A stretch of 64,000 nucleotides of DNA from Planctomycetota bacterium (GTDB lineage Bacteria > Planctomycetota > B15-G4): NCBI GenBank assembly GCA_021604805.1, contig BQJR01000001.1:987102-1051101 (forward strand). The letters run 5' to 3'. A program made the translations under genes and the position numbers. The notes beneath the pieces were generated by a model. The model made no database searches. It was not told where the DNA came from and worked only from the letters and a program-made list of their open reading frames with translations. Shown piece by piece: positions 58,457 to 64,000 of this stretch. Each line of letters opens with the position of its first letter. Position 1 is the stretch's first letter.

Positions 58457-59941
58457 TCAGTGCCCCTGCGGAAGCGCGCCCATCAGCGACTGGGCACCAG
58501 CGTTGGCCGACTCGACGAGCGGGTTGAAGAAGATCGCCAGGCCGATCGTGGCGATGACGCACAGCAGCAAGATCGCCTTGGTGGACCCCGAGATCTCGAG
58601 CACGCCCTTGTCTTCGGGCTCGCGGAAGTACACCCGCTTGAGCACGCACAGGTAGTAGTAGAGCGAGACCACGACCATCACGAGCGACAGCCCCACGATC
58701 CAGTAGAGCGCGGGGTTGTGCAGCGCCGCTTCCATCGCCGCGCGCAGGATCATGAACTTGGCGACGAAGCCTGCGAAGGGCGGCACGCCGGCCAACGAAA
58801 GCATCGACACGAGCAGCACGAAGGCCAGGAAGGGCGAGCGCTCGGCGAGGCCGTTCACGCGGTCCATGTGGCTGTCGTCGCTGGTGCGCGAGACCACGAT
58901 GATCACCAGGAAGGCGGCCATGTTCGCGAACAGGTAGGTGACCATGTAGAAGAGGATCGAGCTGGCCGAGGCCTCGCTGTGCGCGGCGAGCGCGAGCAGC
59001 AGGAAGCCGGCGTGCGCGATGCCGCTGTAACCGAGGAAGCGTTTCAGGTCGGTCTGCGTGATCGCACCGAGGTTGCCCATGAGCAGCGTAATCGCGGCGA
59101 GGCCACCGAGCACCCCGGCCCACTCCGCGGCGGCCGGGCCGAGCACGGTGTAGACCAGTCGCATGAGCAACACGACACCGGCGGCCTTGGAGCCCACCGA
59201 CAAGAAGGCGGTCACGGGCGTGGGCGCGCCTTGGTAGACGTCGGGGATCCAGATGTGGAAGGGCACGGCGCCGAGCTTGAAGCCCAAGCCGACGAGCACC
59301 AGCAGCAGGCCGAACTTCAGGCCCGCAGGCATCGTGGCCATGCTCTGGATCGCGGCCGACACGCCGGCGAAGTCGAGTGCTCCGGTGGCGCCGTACACGA
59401 AGGCGATGCCGTACACGAGGAAGGCCGCGGCCACGGCGCCGATGATCACGAACTTGATACCGGCTTCGATCGAGCGCGGCAGTCCCGGCCGCCAGGCCGT
59501 CAGCAGGAACAAGCTGATGGTGACGAGCTCCAGGCCCACGAAGAGCGACACGAAGTCACCCACCGACGAGAGCATGCACATGCCCATCGCGGTGAGCAGC
59601 ACGAGCACGGGGAACTCAGCACGGCCACCGCTGAAGCGCGCTTCATAGGGCGCGGTGAGCAGCAGGGTGAACAGCGTGGTGGCGAGGAAGAAGCGCTTGA
59701 AGTAGAGCGCAAAGGCGTCGAGTTGCCCGAAGGCGTGCACCTCACCCGAAGCGTGCAGGAACATGAAGCTGTAGATGAGCAGCCCGCTCACACCGCCGAG
59801 CGCGAGCAAGCGCACGACGTCGGCAGGTCCGGTGAGACGCCCCCGCCCGGTGATCAGGTCGACGACGATCAGCAGCATCGCCAGCGCCCCGAGTCCGAAC
59901 TCGAGACCGTAGACGCTCATGATTTCAGCGAAGGAAGGCAC
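58457..59941 (-). CDS. nuoN: NADH-quinone oxidoreductase subunit N
   Basis: 494 aa polytopic antiporter-like subunit. It is the last gene of the nuoJKLMN order. Motifs GLGFKLGAVPFHIWIPDVYQGAPTPVTAFL. Confidence 0.9.
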   Translation of the reverse strand: MPSFAEIMSVYGLEFGLGALAMLLIVVDLITGRGRLTGPADVVRLLALGGVSGLLIYSFMFLHASGEVHAFGQLDAFALYFKRFFLATTLFTLLLTAPYEARFSGGRAEFPVLVLLTAMGMCMLSSVGDFVSLFVGLELVTISLFLLTAWRPGLPRSIEAGIKFVIIGAVAAAFLVYGIAFVYGATGALDFAGVSAAIQSMATMPAGLKFGLLLVLVGLGFKLGAVPFHIWIPDVYQGAPTPVTAFLSVGSKAAGVVLLMRLVYTVLGPAAAEWAGVLGGLAAITLLMGNLGAITQTDLKRFLGYSGIAHAGFLLLALAAHSEASASSILFYMVTYLFANMAAFLVIIVVSRTSDDSHMDRVNGLAERSPFLAFVLLVSMLSLAGVPPFAGFVAKFMILRAAMEAALHNPALYWIVGLSLVMVVVSLYYYLCVLKRVYFREPEDKGVLEISGSTKAILLLCVIATIGLAIFFNPLVESANAGAQSLMGALPQGH

Positions 59942-59944
59942 GAA

Positions 59945-61477
59945 TCACATCCCCTTCTGGGCGTCGAGGTCGATCAGGTTTTGTTCGGCCACGTGCAGTG
60001 AACTGATGATGGGTTCGACCCCCGTCTTGATCATGTCGGTCATGAACCAAGGGAAGCAGCCGAAGAAGATCAGCACCCCGAGCAGCAGCAGGAAGGGCGC
60101 GCGTTGGAAGGGCGTGCGCGCGTCTTGCAGCTTCTCCCACTTGGGATCCATGTCGCCGAGGAACACGGCGCGGACAGCGCGCAGCAGGTACGTGGCGCCG
60201 ATCACCAAGCCGAAGAGCGCGATCATCGTGGGGATCGGGTAACGCTCCCAGCTCCCGACGATCACCATCAGCTCGCTGGCGAAGTTCGCGAAGCCCGGCA
60301 GGCCCAGCGAGGCCATCGCCATCATCACGAAGCACACGCCCACGAAGGGGATCTTGCGCATCAGGCCGCCGAGGTCGTCGAGCATGCGCGTGTGGGTTTG
60401 ATCGTAGAAGAAGCCGATCAACGAGAAGGCCAGGGCCGTCATCACACCGTGCGCGAACATCAGGAACACGGCGCCGGTGAGACCGAAGGTCGTGAGCGAG
60501 GCGACACCGAGCAGCACGTAACCCATGTGCGAACTCGAGCTGTACCCGATGACGAACTTCAGGTCCTTCTGGTTCAGTGCGACCAAGCCGCCGTAGAGGA
60601 TGTTGAAGCAGCACAAGATCGCCACGAGCGGCAGCCACATCACGGCGCCCTCGGGCATCAGCGGCATGGCGATGCGGATGATCGCGTAGGAGCCGAGCTT
60701 CATGAGCACGCCGGCGTGCATCATCGAGGCAGCCGACGGCGCCGCGGCGTGTCCGCCCGGCGACCAGGTGTGCAGCGGCCACATCGGCGCGATGGCCGCG
60801 AAGCCGATCAGCAGGAACGGGAACCAGAAGTACTGCAGGTTCTCGCTCAGGCCCCCACCCGCGTCGACCGCGGCTTGGATCGCCACGAGGTCGAAGGTGG
60901 GCGTGTCGGTGATCCCCGAGAAGTACACGCCGAGCAACCCGAAGAGCGCGACGACCGCGCCCGCCGTGAGGTACAGCGTGAGCTTCATCGACGCGTACTC
61001 GCGGTTCGCGGAACCCCAGTACCCGATCAACAGGTACATCGGCACCACGGCGAGTTCGTAGAAGAAGTAGAAGAAGAACAGGTCGAGCGAGACGAACACG
61101 CCGAACACGCCCGCGACCAGCGCGTTCAGAAGGATGAAGAAGTCCTTCTGGCGCTTGGGCACCGCGCAGCTGACGAGCGCGCCCGCCAAGTAGACGATGC
61201 AGGTGAGCAACACCATCGCCACGCTGATGCCGTCGACACCGACTTGGTAGGAGATCCCGAGCGACGGCACCCAGTCGATCTTCTGCATGAACTGGTAGCC
61301 GGCAGCGGCTTGGTCGTAGCTCGCGAAGAGCCAGACACCGAGCACGGCGGTGAGCAGCGACGCGCCCACGCTGAGTTGCTTCACCAAGCGCGGCGATGCA
61401 GCCGGGATCAGGAAGCACCCCAAGGTGGCCACGGCGGGCACCAGGATGAACAGGCTGAGAAGGTTGTCTTGGAGCAT
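59945..61477 (-). CDS. nuoM: NADH-quinone oxidoreductase subunit M
   Basis: 510 aa. Motifs FFFYFFYELAVVPMYLLIGYWG and HTWSPGGHAAAPSAASMMHAGVLMKLG. Confidence 0.9.
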   Translation of the reverse strand: MLQDNLLSLFILVPAVATLGCFLIPAASPRLVKQLSVGASLLTAVLGVWLFASYDQAAAGYQFMQKIDWVPSLGISYQVGVDGISVAMVLLTCIVYLAGALVSCAVPKRQKDFFILLNALVAGVFGVFVSLDLFFFYFFYELAVVPMYLLIGYWGSANREYASMKLTLYLTAGAVVALFGLLGVYFSGITDTPTFDLVAIQAAVDAGGGLSENLQYFWFPFLLIGFAAIAPMWPLHTWSPGGHAAAPSAASMMHAGVLMKLGSYAIIRIAMPLMPEGAVMWLPLVAILCCFNILYGGLVALNQKDLKFVIGYSSSSHMGYVLLGVASLTTFGLTGAVFLMFAHGVMTALAFSLIGFFYDQTHTRMLDDLGGLMRKIPFVGVCFVMMAMASLGLPGFANFASELMVIVGSWERYPIPTMIALFGLVIGATYLLRAVRAVFLGDMDPKWEKLQDARTPFQRAPFLLLLGVLIFFGCFPWFMTDMIKTGVEPIISSLHVAEQNLIDLDAQKGM

Positions 61478-61479
61478 GG

Positions 61480-63438
61480 TCAGAGCGTGAGGGCGAGGAG
61501 CGCCGCGACACCGGCCACGAACAACATGGCGTAGGTGCGGACCGAGCCGGTTTGGTAGCGAGCCGAGAGCGCGCCGAGCGCACGCGTGGTGAAGGCCGAG
61601 CCGTTCACCAGACCGCTGATGATCACGATGCGATCAAAGCCGTCGCAGAGCCGCGCGAAGTTCTGCTGGATGTTGTTCACGATCCAGGTGTAGAGGTCGT
61701 CGATGTACCAGCGGTTGTCGAACAGGCGGTGGATCGGGCCGAGCGCCTTCTTGATGCGTTCGGGGTCGACCCAACCGCGCGAGAAGGTGACCCAGGCCGC
61801 GCCCGCGCCCACGCCGAAGATCAGCAGCGCGTGGATGACGGTGTTGGCGTCGGCGTGAATGTGGTGGAAGGGGCTGCTGCCGGCCGGACGCGTGAGCGAG
61901 CGGAAGGTCGCGATGACGTCTTCGGTGAAGAGCATCGGGCCCGCGATCACGGCCAACAAGCAGAGCACCGCCATCGGCACCCACATCGTAGGCGGCGACT
62001 CGTGCGGCTCGCCGTGGTAGCGCGGCTTGCCGAAGAAGGTGAGGAACACGAGGCGGAACATGTAGTAGCTGGTCAGCACGGCCGTGAAGGTCGGCAGCCA
62101 GTGGATCAACATGTTGTCGGCGTAGGCCGGCGGCGCGTGCGTGAGGTGCAGCACGCCGTCCTTGCTCCAGAAACCGGAGAGCCACGGGAAGCCGCACAGC
62201 GCGAGCGTGCCGATCAGGAACAACCACGACGTGATCGGCAACTTCTTGATCAGCCCGCCCATCTCGCGGATGTCATTCGTGTGCACGGCGTGGATCACCG
62301 AGCCGGCACCGAGGAACAGCAGCGCCTTGAAGAAGGCGTGCGTGGTGAGGTGGTACATCGCCACGTCGGTGCCGTTGAGCCCGATCGCCATCACCATGTA
62401 GCCGAGCTGACTCAGCGTGGAGAAGGCCAGGATGCGCTTGATGTCGAACTGCGTCGTGGCGATCGTCGCGGCGAAGAAGGCCGTGAACATGCCCAGGTGC
62501 GCCACGATGCTCATGGCCGTGTCGCTGGGCAGGTAGACGAAGAAGATGCGCGCCAGCAGGAACACGCCGGCCGCGACCATGGTGGCCGCATGGATCAGCG
62601 CCGACACGGGGGTCGGGCCCTCCATGGCGTCGGGCAACCAGACGTGCAGCGGGAACTGCGCCGACTTACCCATCACGCCCATGAGCGTGAGCGCGCCAGC
62701 CACCCACATGAAGTGCTCGTTGGTGACGGCCGTGCCGAGCATGCTGAACTTCTGCACGTCGGCCCAACCTTCGGCGCCGATCACCTCACCCATCTCGGTG
62801 AAGTTGGCCGTGCCCGTGGCGAAGTACAGCATCAGGATGCCGAGCATGAAGCCGAAGTCGCCCACGCGGTTGGTGAGGAAGGCTTTGTTGCCGGCCGCGC
62901 TCGCCGAGGGCTTCTTGTAGTAGTACCCGATGAGCAGGTAGCTGCTCACGCCGACGAGCTCCCAGTGGATGAAGATCTGGAAGAAGTTGTCGGAGAGCAC
63001 GATGCCGAGCATCGAGAACATGAAGAGGGAGAGGTACGCGAAGAAGCGCGAGAAGCCGTCGTCGCCCTTCATGTAGCCGAGCGCGTAGATGTGGATCAGG
63101 CCGCCTACGCCGAGCACGACCATCAACATGATCAGCGAGAGGCCGTCGACGAAGACGCTGTACTGCAGCGTGTGCGCGCCCACCGAGATCCAGTCGATCG
63201 CGTGATGGATCGACCAGGCGGAGCCGGCAGCGACGGCATGACCGTCAGCGCCGTGCGCCCCGCCCCCCGCCGCCGAGAAGGCATCGACGAGGAAACCGGC
63301 CGCGATGAAGAAGCCCACCCAGACCACTCCGATGGAGAGGCCGGCGGAGAGCGCCTTGCTGCGGTGCAGACCGAAAGCGATCAGCGCTGCCGAGAGCAGG
63401 GGCAGGAACAAGATGAGCCAGGGGCCGAGTTCATTCAT
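61480..63438 (-). CDS. nuoL: NADH-quinone oxidoreductase subunit L
   Basis: 652 aa. Motifs HVWLPDAMEGPTPVSALIHAATMVAAGVFL and HAFFKALLFLGAGSVIH. Has the long C-terminal amphipathic-helix region typical of NuoL. Confidence 0.9.
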   Translation of the reverse strand: MNELGPWLILFLPLLSAALIAFGLHRSKALSAGLSIGVVWVGFFIAAGFLVDAFSAAGGGAHGADGHAVAAGSAWSIHHAIDWISVGAHTLQYSVFVDGLSLIMLMVVLGVGGLIHIYALGYMKGDDGFSRFFAYLSLFMFSMLGIVLSDNFFQIFIHWELVGVSSYLLIGYYYKKPSASAAGNKAFLTNRVGDFGFMLGILMLYFATGTANFTEMGEVIGAEGWADVQKFSMLGTAVTNEHFMWVAGALTLMGVMGKSAQFPLHVWLPDAMEGPTPVSALIHAATMVAAGVFLLARIFFVYLPSDTAMSIVAHLGMFTAFFAATIATTQFDIKRILAFSTLSQLGYMVMAIGLNGTDVAMYHLTTHAFFKALLFLGAGSVIHAVHTNDIREMGGLIKKLPITSWLFLIGTLALCGFPWLSGFWSKDGVLHLTHAPPAYADNMLIHWLPTFTAVLTSYYMFRLVFLTFFGKPRYHGEPHESPPTMWVPMAVLCLLAVIAGPMLFTEDVIATFRSLTRPAGSSPFHHIHADANTVIHALLIFGVGAGAAWVTFSRGWVDPERIKKALGPIHRLFDNRWYIDDLYTWIVNNIQQNFARLCDGFDRIVIISGLVNGSAFTTRALGALSARYQTGSVRTYAMLFVAGVAALLALTL

Positions 63439-63453
63439 GGACGGCGGCTTCCC

Positions 63454-63801
63454 TTACCAGCGCAAGTTCGCGACGTCATCGACATTGACCGTGTCGAGGC
63501 GTCGGAAGAGTGCCATGGCGATCACCAAGGCCACCGCGGCCTCGGCCGCTGCCACGGCGATGGTGAAGAACACGAAGACCTGGCCGTCGAGCGCCACACC
63601 TTCGGGCGCGTTCGCGATCAGGTACTTGTTGAAGACCACGAGCGCCACGTTGGCGGCGTTCAGCATGATCTCCACGGACATCAGCACGAGGATGACGTTG
63701 CGGCGCATCATCACGCCGCAGAGCCCGAGGGTGAACAGCACGCCCGACAGCGTGAGCCAGTGCTCGAGCGGAACCGAGTTCTGCGCGGCGGCCAGAGTCA
63801 T
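63454..63801 (-). CDS. nuoK: NADH-quinone oxidoreductase subunit K
   Basis: 115 aa from ATG 63801. Three TM helices. Motif LMSVEIMLNAANVALV with the conserved Glu. Confidence 0.88.
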   Translation of the reverse strand: MTLAAAQNSVPLEHWLTLSGVLFTLGLCGVMMRRNVILVLMSVEIMLNAANVALVVFNKYLIANAPEGVALDGQVFVFFTIAVAAAEAAVALVIAMALFRRLDTVNVDDVANLRW

Positions 63802-64000
63802 GCCTTCACCTTCTTCCGGCTGAGCACCACACAACCGACGACGGCCGCGGTGAGCAACAGAGACAGCGCCTCGAAGGGCACCACGTACTCGGTGAACATC
63901 AGGTTGGCGATCACATCGGGGTCACCCACCAAGTCGTTCGGCGCCTTGCCGAGCATCGGGCCCGGGTCGGAGACCGCGCGACCGAAGAGCACCAAGAAGG
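63798..64000 (-). CDS. nuoJ: NADH-quinone oxidoreductase subunit J (C-terminal fragment; the gene runs off the window edge)
   Basis: The C-terminal sequence ...FTEYVVPFEALSLLLTAAVVGCVVLSR is typical of NuoJ. Its stop overlaps the nuoK start by 4 nt. It is 5'-truncated by the window boundary. Confidence 0.8.
   Translation of the reverse strand, partial: FLVLFGRAVSDPGPMLGKAPNDLVGDPDVIANLMFTEYVVPFEALSLLLTAAVVGCVVLSRKKVKA

Noticed and set aside
58445-61534. 518-aa and 476-aa plus-strand ORFs
   Set aside because: They are antisense to nuoN and nuoM. Their translations are highly charged His/Arg/Glu/Asp shadow frames, in contrast to the hydrophobic true proteins.

Overview
A 64-kb, very GC-rich (about 70% by eye) chromosomal segment from a Gram-negative bacterium. 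The gene content includes a kinase-associated ECF sigma factor, a Ser/Thr kinase fused to WD40 repeats, many secreted repeat or beta-propeller proteins, System II cytochrome c biogenesis, an alpha-2-macroglobulin and bactofilins. This resembles high-GC Planctomycetota- or Myxococcota-like genomes, but that taxonomy is inference only. I can support about 47 protein-coding genes. The coding frame is easy to see because real genes have near-saturated GC at third codon positions and sensible protein sequences. Most other long ORFs in the track are antisense artefacts of the high GC content. Recognisable blocks are: SMUG1-type UDG with ccsA and resB; mltA; a GntR / membrane protein / flavin monooxygenase-OYE fusion / methyltransferase operon; two bactofilins; plsC and a thioesterase; a collagen-like protein and a beta-propeller protein; apaH; a fused 5-oxoprolinase; a giant Ser/Thr kinase with an ECF sigma operon; an LplT-acyltransferase-adenylation tri-fusion; an Rrf2/YtxJ redox pair; fadE; a 2115-aa thioester alpha-2-macroglobulin; and nuoJKLMN at the right edge. 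I found no rRNA, tRNA, CRISPR array, transposase or integrase. The items most worth a second look are listed here. (1) A compositionally atypical, translationally coupled three-gene cassette at 45.7-47.7 kb with its own repeat-bearing upstream region. (2) The kinase / unknown secreted protein / anti-sigma-less ECF sigma module at 28.4-35.1 kb. (3) A 5-oxoprolinase carrying a DUF1445 (D-glutamate cyclase-like) half-domain. (4) A degenerate, truncated adenylation domain in the LplT/Aas-like fusion. (5) A zinc-ribbon bactofilin paired with a canonical bactofilin. (6) A Cys/Asp/Asn/Gly-rich micro-ORF split across two frames next to a perfect 21-bp inverted repeat. All coordinates come from the supplied ORF track, with start codons refined by hand. 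No database search was possible, so every family assignment rests on motifs I recognise from memory.
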